Below the pieces are notes generated by a model. That model was not told where the DNA came from, searched no databases, and saw nothing but the letters and a program-made list of their open reading frames with translations. Below are positions 12,520 to 25,395 of a DNA stretch of 62,000 nt, piece by piece. Both the position numbers and the translations under genes were made by a program. The first letter of the stretch is position 1, and each line of letters starts with the position of its first letter. Source of the stretch: Chiloscyllium plagiosum (Eukaryota); assembly GCF_004010195.1 (NCBI RefSeq), contig NC_057711.1:76525817-76587816 (forward strand), read 5' to 3'.

Positions 12520-14200
12520 GGTTTTCTTTTATTTGTTCTTGGAACGTGAGTGATCCCTGGCTTTTTGACCATACCTGTTTGCCATGGAGAAAATGTTGAC
12601 AGTCTGCTTTTTTGAATAGCTGAGAGCCTTGCAGTGTTAGGAAGAGAATTCCAGGATTTTGACTTAGTGCCAGTGAAACAATGGGCACATTCTTCCTGGT
12701 CAAGGTAAGTATTAGTTATGAGTTGGAGACAAACTAGCAGGTGGTGGTGTTCCAACATACCACCTATTCTTATTCTTCCAGGTGACAGAGATTGTAGGTT
12801 TGGAAGGTATGCACTGCTGCCACTGTGAGTCGGTGGTGAAGATAGTGGATATTGAAGGTGGTGGATGGATTTTCAGTTGTGTGGGCTGCTTTGTCCTAGA
12901 ATTGGTAAGCTTTTTGAGTATTATTGGAACTACACACATTCAAATAAGTGGAGAGTATTTCATTGTATTCCTGACTTATACCTTGTAGGTGGTGGACAGG
13001 TGTTGGTGAGACAGAAGAGTTATGTTCCACAGAAATCTTAACCTCTGACTTGCACTTGTATCCACAGTATTTGTAGCTACTCCAGTTCAGTTACTGGTCA
13101 GTGCTAGCCCCCAGGATATTGAGAGTTGGAATTCAGCTATGATAATGCAATTAAACATCAAGGGGTAATGGTTAAATTATCTTGTTGTTGGTGGTGGTAA
13201 TTAGTCATCACTTGGTGGTGAGAATGTTACCTGTCCAGGTCATGCTGTGTTTGGACAGGAACAGCTTTTTACCTGAAAGTTGCAAGTGGTGCAATAAATA
13301 GTGAAACCAGTGAAGTTCCTCACTTTTAACATTTCTGATGGAGGGAAGATCGTTGATGATGCAAATGAAAATGGCTAGGCTTATGTCACCACTCTAAGGA
13401 AATCCTGCAGTGGCTGAAATGATTGCCATCCAAAAACCACATTCATCATCTTTTGTGCAAGGTTTGACTCCAACAGCAGAGAAAATTCCCCATTGACTCG
13501 AGTTCTGTTCTTTGATGCCATATTTGGTCGAATGCTGCCTTCTCTCTTCAGGTCTTCTGTCTATGTTTGGACCAAAACTGGAACCAAGTGTCCTTGGTGG
13601 AACTCAGACTGACTGTCAGTGAGCTGCTCATTTGTTTGCAAGTCCATTTGATAGTTCTGTTAATGACATCTCCCATCACTTTGCTGCAGATCAAGAGTGG
13701 GTATAGGGTGGTATACGGCTGTGTTGAATTTGTCCTACCTTTTTGCCTTACCTTTTTGTTAATGTATCGAGGCAATTTTCTACATTGTCAGGTTGATGCC
13801 AGTATAGTAACTAGAACAGCTTGACTAGCGTCAATACTTCTAGGACACAAGTTTTCAGGACATGGAGTCCCCAGTTTACAAATACCTGACTTATGAATGC
13901 TTATACTTAAAAATGTGATCCCATTCACTGGTGCAATTTTCAAGCTCTGACATATGAATCTGTCTCCATATTTCCAAATGGCTATTTCATATTGTCCTAC
14001 ATTGTGTTCCCAACTTGGATACAAATTGACTTGCAAGCGACTGAAGTACAGAACCTGGTCACAATCCAGCGATTGGCTGTAGTATGGCCAAAATGTTGTC
14101 AGGGCCCACAGTCGTTGCGGTTTCCAGTGCCTTTAGCCATTTCTTGGTATCACGTGGAGTAAATTGAATTAGTTGAAATATGGAATCTGTGATGCTGAAA
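12520..14200 (-). mobile_element. CR1/L2-group LINE 3' portion (same family as 8050-11980)
   Basis: Collinear similarity to 8050-9850; LLICSKVMGDVI motif in ORF 13548..13775. Confidence 0.7.
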
Positions 14201-14479
14201 ATCTCAATTTAGAAGTACCACTTAATAACAATGCGTGTTATCTTAATTAGTTCAACTCATTAAGTTATAATTAAATACAATATTAACATTTCCTCTATAC
14301 TACTAAAATTACTGCCTGAGTTTAGGGAAACAAGCCTTAAGAGACACCAACATATTTGAATGTTAAAATATTTTGAGAATTAGTAATGGCTTGTGAGCTT
14401 ATTGGAATGAATAATAGTCTACTATCTTTTCGTTGTACAATTATGTATGTATCTAATCAATGATTTCTCATTTTGTTAG

Positions 14480-14700
14480 GGGATACTTTGAAAGTAAAGA
14501 CAGTATTTGTGCAAAGTGTGATGATGCATGTGAGAGTTGTGAAGATACTCCTACAAACTGCCAATCTTGCGTCAGGCCCTACGTACTAGACAACAACAGT
14601 TGTCAAATGAAATGTTCCAGAAAACATTATGCCACTGCTCAAAGACTTTGCAAACGCTGCCCTGCAAACTGTGAAAAGTGCAATGAGCACGGGTGCACAG
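14480..14700 (+). CDS. PCSK5: PCSK5 internal exon, Cys-rich repeats
   Basis: ttttgttag acceptor, gtaaag donor; GYFESKDSICAKCDDACESC...CKRCPANCEKCNEHGCT; 221 nt, phase 2-1. Confidence 0.94.
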
Positions 14701-15299
14701 GTAAAGATAAAATGTACATATTAAAACACACAAATTCAAAAAATGCACAAAAAATGACTTTTTAGTCTAACATTTTCTTTAAGAGCTCAGATTTCATGAT
14801 AAAAGTATCTGGCTGATGATCTAGATTTGCTGGGGACCATGTCAAGTAACCATAAAAGTTTACAACACAGTAGTGACTGATTTGGTCAGTGACGTCCGAG
14901 CTAGTTAGTTGCTAGAATGATTTAAAATTGACTGAATATCCCAGTATCTTTTTTTCCATACTCAGTCAGTCATCTTTGTTTCAAATATTTGGCCATTTCC
15001 CTTCAAATTTTGTAATGGCCAATATTTTAATTATTTATTCAATCTTCAAATGATGCACCATGTTCAAAAATCTTATGATCTCTCTCCTCCATTTAGTGAT
15101 GAATGTGTTGATGACTATTCATTACTAATCCACTAGACACAAAATATAGTCCTTCCTTATTTTCCTTATTAAACCATGTATAATAGGCTGTCAGTTTTTC
15201 AAGAGTAATCACCAGGGTATCAGGTCCTTAGACAGAAAATAATTATTCACCATTCCCACACTGAATGAGAAATCCCTTCACGTTTATTTGAAAGAAAAC

Positions 15300-15635
15300 C
15301 TGATAATCGTGGAAAATGAGTCATGATTTTCTGAAATGCACTCATGGGAATTGCACCTAGGACCAGAGGGCATGCCCATTTCGAGCAGAGTTGAAGAGGA
15401 ATTTCTTCTCTGAGGGTAGTGAATCTGTGGAATTCTTTACCACAGAGGGGTGTGGAGATTGGGTCATTAAGTGCATTCAAGTGGACATTTTTTAATCACG
15501 AAGGGAATCAAGGGTTATGGGGACAAGACAGAAAAGTAGAATTGAGAATTCAGATCAGCAATGACCTCGTTGAATAGCAGAGCAGTTTCAAGGAACTGAA
15601 TGGCATACTTCTGTTCCCACGTGCTATGTTCTTCT
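15300..15635 (+). mobile_element. CR1 LINE 3' end
   Basis: aggaatttcttctctgagggtagtgaatctgtggaattcttta..gatcagcaatgacctcgttgaatagcagagcag. Confidence 0.7.
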
Positions 15636-15884
15636 GGAATGAAAAGTTCCTACTGCAAATAGCGAGGAACAGGTTCAAGTAGTTGACAGGCTTAATTCTG
15701 TTCCTATTTTCCTAAACTTATAAAATTATCTCCTGTAACTGATGAGTAATCCTAATAACTGTAAAGTTCTAACCTATTTTAATACATCATTTTCCTTGTT
15801 ACACAGCTTAGTTGAGACGCTATTATCATCATGAAATTATGGTTTGTTTGGAAGCAGGCAATAATAATGTATTGGTTTCCACAG

Positions 15885-16127
15885 AATGCAGCAGATACTT
15901 TTTCTTTCATAATGGCACTTGCGTACAGGATTGTCCTCGAGGTTTCTTTCAAAACACTCAGGCCTTCACATGCACTTCATGCCATCCTGAATGCTCAGTG
16001 TGTGATGGTCCAGACTCAGATGACTGTGAAGGGTGCGCCAATCCTTCTTTGATTATACATGATGGGCAATGCTTGAAATTCTGTCCTGAAGGAACCTACA
16101 TTGACAAGGAAACTGAAGAGTGCCAGG
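15885..16127 (+). CDS. PCSK5: PCSK5 internal exon, Cys-rich repeats
   Basis: tttccacag acceptor, gtaagc donor; ECSRYFFFHNGTCVQDCPRGFF...CPEGTYIDKETEECQ; 243 nt, phase 1-1. Confidence 0.95.
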
Positions 16128-16517
16128 GTAAGCTTAGCATGTTCCAATGACAAAAATAATTCATTAAGTCTTTTTAAGAATCCAAAGGAAGGACCCAGCA
16201 TTTTAAAAAATATTTTGTTACAAATTTGTGATATGAATATTGTGCAATGGTATTAGATTTACTACTGTGTCATTATTTCCTGCCTACATTTTGAATGTTG
16301 TGATTTTTGTAAAATAAAGACATTTTATCAATACTTAATACTTAATATAACTCAAGATGTTTTGTGAATTGAGGTCCACCAATGTAATTTGCAAATACAT
16401 ATATTTTACCTAATTATTCCCATATTGGGTTGGAATTCATTGAATTGCTATCATAATTTTCAACCTAATAAATGATTTTAATGAAGATATCCTGGGACCT
16501 AAATTACTTAGTGCCCT

Positions 16518-17162
16518 TGTTATGAACCAGACCTGACCCCCTCAAAACATTTCAAGAAAGTATCCCAGACCCTAACTTTGCTAGTTGTTTTAAGCAGGTG
16601 TAACACAGATATTCCAGGAGTGATGTATCTGGTCAAACCATTTAGTTTGAAACAAAACAATTTATTTACATGATTACTGAATGAAACTCGACTGAGAACA
16701 GAATACTGAATAGCTTAACCTATCCAAACACCCAACAGATTATGCCAACTTAATGATGCTGTTCCCAACACTTGCAACAATTCCCATAAACACCTCTTGG
16801 CACAAAAGGTTAAATTAAACACTGGGTCTTATAGGAGAGAAGTCAGATAGAGAGTACCATCATGGACCTGCTTCTTTGGGTCCAGCAGCTTTTACAACTG
16901 CCTGACTACTTTCATTGAATAGTCAGGCTGCCAAAAACCAAATCAAACTAAAGCTAAATTGGGAGAACTGGCCACTCCCCTTTCATTGTACAAGTGTTTT
17001 TTTAAAACTTAAAAGCCTTTTGCCTGAGGCAGTATCTGTTAGCTATATTCAAATTAGCCCTAAAACCCTTCAACTTAGACTTTTCAGAGTCTGTGACTTT
17101 TACGACCTTTCTGAAAAAAAACAAGAACAACATAACCTTCTTATAGGAGCAGCATCGTCACA
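16518..17162 (-). mobile_element. Solo LTR-like element
   Basis: TGTTATG...GTCACA termini, 4-bp flanks ccct/cccc; start tgttatgaaccagacctgaccccctcaaaa related to the 10655 family. Confidence 0.7.
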
Positions 17163-17519
17163 CCCCGGATTAAGTATGATTCCAGTGGTGCACAGCAACA
17201 TTGCATTAACAGAGAGGTTACAAGGACCATTCAAACTCATTCATGGGCCTTATCATAATTTATTCAGGGGAGCTTCAAACATCAATCAGGCACTTTGATG
17301 CAACTTGCCTATCGGGGCCTAACCAATATTGGGCACAGCCAAGGACTACAGGTGAGTCTGGGGCAAAGGGAAAAGACTCAAATAGCATACAGGACAAAGT
17401 GACCCACAGTTGTTTGTCAAGCTAGAAGAAACCACGTGTTCTCTCTTCAACATTACAAATAACATTTTTTTTTAATTTAACCTGTGAGGTTATAAATTTA
17501 ACAAGAGAATCTGCCAATT

Positions 17520-18220
17520 AAAGGTAGGGTACTGTGAACTGAGAGGAACAAAAGCACATTGGTCTGCATCTGCATAGATCACCAAAGGTAACAGGACACA
17601 AGGGAGTTCTGAAGAAATACATGTTTCATTAGCTGAGTCAAAGAATATAGGAAGAGCAAGACATTTATAAACCAGTCATTTGACCTCACCTTGTGTACTG
17701 TAGAAGTTTGGCCCATCACTTTAAAAAAAGAATATAATTACACTATCGAGGCCACAAAGGAGATTTACATAGACACTGCTATTAAAGTAAAGCATTTTAG
17801 TTAGGAAGAGGGATTGGATAACCTGGGATTGTTTTCTTTGGAACAAAAGTGGTTGAGAGGAGATTTTATTGAAGTCTATAGAATTATGGGAGGCATAGAG
17901 TGTTTGGGGAGCACCTATTTTCCTTAGCAGAGCAGCAAGTAACCAAGGACCATAGATTATAGGAATTTTTAAAGGAGTAGAGGAAATGCCAAGAAATGTT
18001 TTCACCTAGAAGGTAAGGGTGGACTGGAATTTGGTTCCTGAAAGATTGTTAGATGGAAAATCCTAACCTCATTTACTTGGACATGCAGTCAAAGTACAAT
18101 ACCATACAGGGCTATGGCCTAAATGCTCGAAAGTGGAAATGGCTGGATAGCTCTTTTCTGGAAAGATTTAGATATGGTGGGCTGAATGGCCTCCTTTCAG
18201 TTGATCATTTCCATGATTCT
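17520..18220 (+). mobile_element. Degenerate CR1 LINE 3' part
   Basis: ttggataacctgggattgttttctttggaacaa..gagaggagattttattgaagtctata..tgggctgaatggcctcctt. Confidence 0.6.
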
Positions 18221-18659
18221 AAGACTGTGACTTTAAAATTTCATTTTGAGCAACCTCCAGTGGCGCTTCAAAGAACTGCTGCATAAACTTCTCAAGACAT
18301 GAAAAGACAAATTGAAGTTTGTTCAACCCCAGCAACTGATCTAAAGAAATTTAGCAACCTGGTCATGAAATGGGTCATGCAACAGGACAGTAATGATCAC
18401 CTAAACTCATCCAATTGAGCAGTGGCCCAAATGCCCATGTACTTTACCAGAGGTTTCTGCTTGATAAGCTAGCTAGCTATCATTGTACTGATTTTAGGTT
18501 TATAAAACAGGCACAATAGTGTTGAATTTAGGTGAGGAAATCAGTGATCTTACATATGCTTATTTGATACTGTCGTTGATCAGTATGGATTGGGGAGGAT
18601 GCAGATTAGATAGACAGGGTTTGTTAGTGCAGTGGTGTGCAACTTTATTTCTTACTGGT

Positions 18660-18891
18660 CTAAAGGAAAAATACTGCAGATGCTGGAAGTCTGAAGCAAA
18701 TACAGAAAATGCTGGAGAAACTCAGCAAGTCTGGCAGCATCTGTGGAGAAAGAAACAAGAGTTAACATTTTGACTCTTCATCAGCTCTTACATTCTGAAA
18801 AAGAGTCATACCAAACTCGAAATGTTAACACTGTTTCTCCATCCACAGATGTTGCCACAGCTGCTGAGTTTCTCCAGTGTTCTGTGTTTGG
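18660..18891. mobile_element. Fold-back PLE-terminus element (family B) with decayed hammerhead motifs
   Basis: Inverted arms ctggagaaactcagc..atctgtgga / tccacagat..gctgagtttctccag; CTGAAAA-A-GAGT..ACTC-GAAATGTT; 11-bp duplication ttcttactggt at 18649-18659 and 18892-18902. Confidence 0.75.
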
Positions 18892-19102
18892 TTCTTACTG
18901 GTGTAACTGGGAAGCAACGTAACATGAAAAAATAGAGATACAGCTTGGTTTTCATTGAAATTTACAACCACCAAAAATTAAAGGCAAACACAAGAACAAG
19001 TTTAAATTCCTTGCATTAATCCATTGTATTTTGTAAATCTTAATGACACCATGAAAATGTTAATACCAGTTTCTAATTGCTTTGCTTTTCTTTCAATTGT
19101 AG

Positions 19103-19330
19103 AGTGTCATAAAACATGTCGGACCTGTGAAGGACCGGATTCAACAGACTGCATATATTGTCGAGATGGGATGATAAAGAACAGACAGGGACACTGCGTA
19201 ATGCACAAGGATTGTGCCCTGAATATGTACATGGACAAGATCTGTAAACCTTGTCACAAAAAATGTTACCGCTGTTATGGGCCCACAGAGGATGATTGCC
19301 TTAGCTGCAATCACAATCACTTTTTACTCA
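19103..19330 (+). CDS. PCSK5: PCSK5 internal exon, Cys-rich repeats
   Basis: pyrimidine tract + tag acceptor, gtgagt donor; ECHKTCRTCEGPDSTDC...CKPCHKKCYRCYGPTEDDCLSCNHNHFLL; 228 nt, phase 1-1. Confidence 0.95.
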
Positions 19331-19421
19331 GTGAGTATGTGTTAGGTTGTTCAAAGATCCAGCAACTGGAAAACAACACAATAATGTTTCAGAACTCAAT
19401 TTGACAAAGGATAATAACTGG

Positions 19422-19544
19422 GAGAAAGTGAGGTCTGCAGATGCTGGAGAACAGAGCTGAAAAATGTGTTGCTGGAAAAGCGCAGGAAGTCAGGCAGCAT
19501 CCAAGGAGCAGGAGAATCGACGTTTCAGGCATAAGCCCTTCTTC
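19422..19544 (-). mobile_element. Solo PLE-terminus element (family C) with hammerhead motif
   Basis: Minus strand tcCTGAAGAaGGGCttatGCCtGAAACGTC..; perfect 14-bp duplication aggataataactgg at 19408-19421 and 19545-19558. Confidence 0.85.
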
Positions 19545-20019
19545 AGGATAATAACTGGTCTTGTTCAAAATCTCTCTTAATGGAGCACAGATTATTAATT
19601 TTATTTTTAAAATGTAACTTTTTTTGCTATATGTTACTCTAAAGAGAAAACGATCTGAATAATTAATTGGATTTACGATTCATTTCATTTACTTTGATCC
19701 TAAGTCTTACTCCTAACATTTGTCAAACGTTGGTTGTTCTGTGTCCCAGTGATAAGGAAGGTAAAACACTAATTGAGGAATAATCAGACTGGGTTGCAAG
19801 TAAACATTTTTTTCCTTAAAGTTTTCCCTGATCTGTCAAACTGGTAATCACTTGAAGACCACATAATAAAATACTACGATTACTGCTGGAGTTGTGTATA
19901 TTAATTGTTTCATGAAGACTCTGATTAGCACATGGTACAAATAGAAATTCGCTTGGTCATTTTAATCTTAACTTAGTTTACCTAGTTTTCCTTTGACTGA
20001 GAGCTACTCCAAATACACA

Positions 20020-20525
20020 AATGTTACTTGCCACTTTTCAGTTCAAGTCTGGATGTTGTTCATGTCTTGCTACATTTGGACACAAACTGTTTCACTGTCT
20101 GAGGTGTCACAAATGATGTGTAGTCATCAGCAAACATGCCAACTTCAGATCTTATGATTGAGGGAAGGTCTTTTATGAAGCAGCTGAAGATGGTTGCACC
20201 TAAGACGCTGAGGAACTTCGCAATAATGTTTTCCTTTGTGCTATGTAGGACTGAAGGCAGCAGAGTTTTCCCCTTATTCCCAACAACTCCAGTTTTGCTA
20301 GGCTCCTTGACATCATACTCAGTCAATTGCTGCTTTGATGACAAGTTACTCTCAACTCCATTCCAGAATTCAGCTCTTTTGTCCATGTTTGGACCAAGGC
20401 TGTAGTGAGGTCAGGAGCTGGGTTGCCTTATCAGAAGCCAAACTGAGTGCCAATTAACAGGTTATTACAATGAAAGTGGCACTTGATAACTCAGTCACCA
20501 ACCTCTCCAACACTTTGTTGTGGTT
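20020..20525 (-). mobile_element. CR1/L2-group LINE RT fragment
   Basis: SVLGATIFSCFIKDLPSIIRSEVGMFADD in ORF 20060..20386. Confidence 0.75.
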
Positions 20526-22281
20526 GGACACATCCTGCATATAAATAACATTAACATGGGTTTAAAATGTACTTTGAAAATCTGTCTTTTCTGCTCCTCA
20601 GTGAGATCTAGGCTGCGAAAAAGCTTGTAGCAATTTTCCCCCAACACTGATAGCAGTGTTGTTGCTCTAATTTGCTCAAAGTTTTAACTCCGCAGATATT
20701 TCATTGTCTTGCCACTAAAACAGGAAAAAGTCTTATTCTGTCTCAATCTCCCTTCATTTCCACAAGAGTAAGGAATGGAAAATTGGCAGGCATTTTGACT
20801 TTTCTATTAATTCAAAATTGGAGGTTGCTGTGGTGGGAATGGAGAGATGTGTTCTTCACTTCTTCCTTGCTGTTTCTTTCAGTAACTGGAAGATGGCTGC
20901 ACCATTCCTGACATCATGTTTTAAAGTTGTGTGTTTAATGATTGCCACAGACTATGCACAAAGCACTTGCAGTAGAGGTAGAGCTGATATGAATACAACA
21001 TGCCAGCATGTACACTAAGTACAAATAAGTTTCTCCAGACATTCACTTTTGTCAAGTGTGCATTGTCCTTTTATGACATTTGAGGAGATAGTTATCTATC
21101 TTAGAGTGAAACTTTTGGAACTTCTTTGTGATACTGAAACTATTTTTTTAGACTTTATTTGGTTTTGACTTTGAAGAAATGTAGATGGCGGGGACTGGAA
21201 ACAGAGTCAAAACCAAACAGCAAAAGACAGGTTCAGCAAACTCATGCCATGGTTTTTATGAATTTGTGAGACTGTCATAAAATGATTTACTTTATCTTTG
21301 AAAACAACTCACCCCTTCCATATGAGATTACTGTCTTCCACAGTCCACTCAAGAAAGGAGGATCATAGCAAAAATAGCAGTTTCATTCACAGGCAACTAG
21401 GTGGAATTGAATTCATGCTGTTGTGTCATGGTGGCTAAGTTCACAAGATCAGAGAGATCAGTCCACTGACAGCAGGACAGCCTCCTGAAACTAAGTTGGG
21501 CTTGGGGTGGAGCCAATGTGTGCAACTTGCCTGCTCAGGGTAGGATGTCAATTAACTCATTATTAAGCCACTTGACCCCCACCATCCCTGAAATCACCAG
21601 GAATCTGGCGGTGACACAGAGGTTAAATGGACGTCACATGCCTCTCCCATCCTCCACAAAGGCTGCACAACAAGTCCCAGTAGTTCCCCATCTCTAGATA
21701 CACAGTGTCCAATCAAACAGCTTAGCTTTAGAAAGTGGGGTGCTGAAAAGTAACCCTGGCTTTGCCTCTGGTCTCTCTGCCCCTAATCTGTAAATGATCC
21801 CTTGTGAAGTCTTCAAATCTTAATAGGCAACAGCCATAGCTGCTAGTAAACCTTAGTTTAAAAACACGCACTCAGTCCTCTGCCACAGAAAACATGCTGT
21901 CCTTCTCCTCACATTCTCGTGGTGGATGATGCCGCCTTGCCAATCCACTTCAGTATGTACAAATAAACATGAATATGTTTCTTCATTACAAAATAAACCA
22001 CATGTTGGCAACATAAAATTTACTTTGGAACTGGCATTACTGCAACTTGTATGACATTCATTCTGTCAAAAATTATTGTGATTAATTCCAGTAGATGATT
22101 ATTTGCTGTAAGTTTTAAGATTCATAAAGTATTGCTTTCTAAAATTGGTTGATCTTCCAATGATGTACTTTACAACAGGTTTATAAAATTTATTTCTCAA
22201 CAACAACATGGTAGAGGTATTTCATTCTTTACTGTTTCATCTTATTATAATTACCATTATACCCATTTATCTTTCAATTAG

Positions 22282-22459
22282 ATACAACATGCGTGGACAC
22301 ATGTCCACATGGCTACTACACAGACCAGAATAGACGTCAATGCTTTGCTTGTCACAAAAGCTGTAAAACCTGCAATGGGAGGTCGAGCACACAGTGCCTT
22401 ACCTGTAAAGCAGACTGGTACAGACTGAACTTGATGTGCGTCAAGACCTGTGGATCTGG
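22282..22459 (+). CDS. PCSK5: PCSK5 internal exon, Cys-rich repeats
   Basis: ttag acceptor, gtaagt donor; NTTCVDTCPHGYYTDQNRRQCFACHKSCKTCNG...MCVKTCGS(G); 178 nt, phase 1-2; absent from ORF track. Confidence 0.94.
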
Positions 22460-22686
22460 GTAAGTGCCACCCATCAGATTAAAGTTGCTCCACTGAAAAT
22501 TAAACTGGAGAGACTGACAGATTGAAGAAGCTCCTTTTGCATTAGATAATGTATCAAGGTCTGCTTCAAGTGCTTACTGTTTATGATTGTCATTTGAATT
22601 GTATAATGCTTGCAACTTAGTTTAATATAAGTTTTGTTTTTTAAAAATGAGTACATCTGAAAGTAAGGAAAACATTTTTAAATAAT

Positions 22687-23591
22687 GGACCGGATTTTGT
22701 GAGGAGGGGAATCTCACAGAGCTTATTTTTTATGCAAGGGAAGATCTCTGCATTTCTGAAAGGAGATTCGAATCCCTGCTCCTTCAGAAATGTACTTTCA
22801 TTGTGACAGGTCTCTCATAGCACAGAACGGGGGGAAGGCATACCACATGCTATCTTTCACAGCAGTCAGTTGCCATATTCTGTGATTTAAAAGTCCAGCA
22901 TCATAGCCAGCCACTTTGACAGTTCCTGTGAAAGGGCAAGTGTGTATGATAACCATAGATGACAGTGCCAGGTACCATGTTGTTAGTGGGTAGGCTGCCA
23001 GGTGAGTAGGGTGCAGAGGGCCAGGTAAATAGGGTGCCACATGGGTAGGGGTAAAGTGCCAAGTGGGTAGGGGATATAGTACGGGTAGGTAAAGTGCCAG
23101 CAGCAGGGGTTGTCACTTCCTGGGGTAGAGCAAAGCTGTCAGGTGCAGCACTGGAGGCAGGGGTAGAGTCCCAAGAGTGGGAGCAGTGGTTGGATCAACT
23201 CCCAGGAGGAAAGGTGGTGTGTGGTATGTTGTGTCCAGCAATGGAGAGTGTCGAATCAGGATCTGGGGATGTAAAGGGTTTGGGGTATGTAGGTGCGTGT
23301 ACTACTTTGGGAGAGAGGGTATGGCTTAATAGTTTCTCAGGAGTTAGACAATGGTTTTAATCGTCTAGCTTTTCCTGAGTGCATACTTAACTTCAACAGA
23401 ACCCTCCAAACTCGCTGATTTAAAGAGACGTTTTGGAGAATCAAGGCAAAGGGAAATTTCCCCAGTAGAAATCTTCAGTCTTCCAGGCAATTGCCTTGGT
23501 GTCTCCTTTGTCGAGCATTCTGCATGCTCCCCATGTGCAATTTCCATCTACGCCACAGAACTGACTATCAGGCCATCGGAAAATCCAGCCT
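22687..23591. mobile_element. Possible non-autonomous DNA transposon (PIF/Harbinger-like MITE)
   Basis: Imperfect terminal inverted repeats ggaccggatttt / aaaatccagcct, both flanked by aat; G-rich interior. Confidence 0.45.
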
Positions 23592-24309
23592 AATATGTTT
23601 CTTTTAAATACCTTATAGATTTTAGCACAGGATAGTGGGAATCATTTTGAAAAAATTGCAAAAACCATATGCCTAGAAACCAAGCGACAAAAATGTAGCA
23701 TCAGCTGTAGGAAAGCTTTCAAGTAATTTAGGGTGATCTACTGAGTAAACTCTTAGAAAAGAATAACTTGTCAAGGAGCAATTTTTGTGGAATCACGCAA
23801 TTGTATTTCATTTCAATGGGGATGTTTTGAAACAATTATCCTCATGCAATATGAAGAAAATGCAGTCAATGTATGTACTTGAGGTTTTACAAAGCTGTTT
23901 ATGGTATTTTATATTGATGATTAATGACTAAGTCAACTAGAAGATAACAGCAGTTGCTGAGAAAAAGTCTTGTAAGTAAGAAAAGCTCAAGCAACAATGG
24001 TATTTTTTCTCCTAAGACTTGACAGCATGCAATGTTTCGTTGGCCACTCTGCACCAGATTGTAATCCTTTAACTTTTTAAATATTTGGATCAGATTCCAT
24101 TTCAGGTTCTAAAGGATTTAAACCAAATGTATGCACTGACTTTATGATGTGCCTCTGTAAGAGTTCATAGCATTTTGATGAATCTGTGTAACATCACGAA
24201 GGTCAATACATCCAAGTGCACATGTACACTCCAGAACTGAACACATTACTCCAAATGGGCCTGACCAAGGGTCTATACAACTGAAGCAAAAGCTGCTTCA
24301 CTTTGTATT

Positions 24310-24845
24310 TTATTTATTTGTTCATGGAATATTAGCATTGCTGGTGAGACCAGCTTTAATGCTGATCCCTAATTTACCTGGAGAAAATAGAGGTGAGGTG
24401 CCTTCTTCAACCATTGTAGTCCTTTAAATGTAAGGAAGGCTATATTACTGTTACGAAGGGAGTTCCAGAATTTTGATCCAGTGACAGTGAAGTAAGAATA
24501 ATATAGAATATTTCTCAAGTCAAGATAGAGTATGGCTTGGAAGGAACTTGTAGGCAAATATGTTGCCATTTGTCTGCTGCTCTTGTCCTTCTAAATGGTA
24601 AATGTTTGGAAGCTGCTGGTGGAAGAACCCTGGGTACATTACTGCAACATATATTGTGGATGCAACTCACTACTGATGCTGTGCCTCAGTGTTGAAGTTG
24701 GTAGATGGTATATAAATCATGTGAGCTGCTTTGTATTGAATGGAGTTGAACTCCTTGAGTGTTGTTGTAGCTGCATGCAGCAAATAGAGAGCATTACATC
24801 ACACTCCTGACATGTGCCATGTAGATAGTGGGCATGCATTGAGCT
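24310..24845 (-). mobile_element. CR1/L2-group LINE 3' end (same family as 8050)
   Basis: gttcatggaatattagcattgctgg..agggagttccagaattttgatccagtgacagtgaag, collinear with 8050-8790. Confidence 0.65.
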
Positions 24846-24869
24846 GCCTAGACCTAAAGCTCTGAAATT

Positions 24870-25170
24870 ATTTCCTTGTTCTCTCTACAACTGATCTCAT
24901 CGACCAAGATTTTGGTTGTTTGACGTAATACATCCTTACATGAGTGAGTGTCATATTTTGCTTTAAAGTGTACCTGCAGAGTTTCTTGGGACATTTCATT
25001 ACATTAAAAGTGCTATATAACTTTAAGATGTTGTTGACTTTCAGATGAGACAATAAACTGAGACCCCATCTTCTTGCTGTATTGAATAGAAAAGATTTAC
25101 TCTAGCACGATTTTAAACATGAGCAAATGAGTTATCCCTAATGTTCAGGTCAATATTTATTTCTAAGTCA
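24870..25170 (+). mobile_element. L2-like 3' end followed by a Deu-domain SINE-like fragment
   Basis: cttgggacatttcattacattaaaagtgctatataa (L2-type tail); cagatgagacaataaactgagacccc..aaaagat..gagttatccctaatgttcaggtcaatatttat resembles the Deu-domain core as I recall it. Confidence 0.45.
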
Positions 25171-25179
25171 ATATTTTTT

Positions 25180-25395
25180 TTCCATACCACCCCTTCCCTT
25201 CCCATTTCTTTCCTTCCTTTCTCCCCCTCTCCCTCCCTCCCTTTCTTTCTGCCTCTGCCTTCCTGTCTCTCCTTCCCTTTGCTATTTCTGTCTTCCTGTT
25301 CCTTCCTTGCCTTCCCGCCCTTCCTTTAGTTGATTTTCTTCCTTCCCCTCCCTTCCTTTCTTCCTGTCTCTGTTCTTCCACCCTCGCTGCTCCAC
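25180..25395 (+). repeat. Polypyrimidine low-complexity tract
   Basis: ~200 nt almost entirely C/T (ccttc/ttcc units). Confidence 0.85.
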
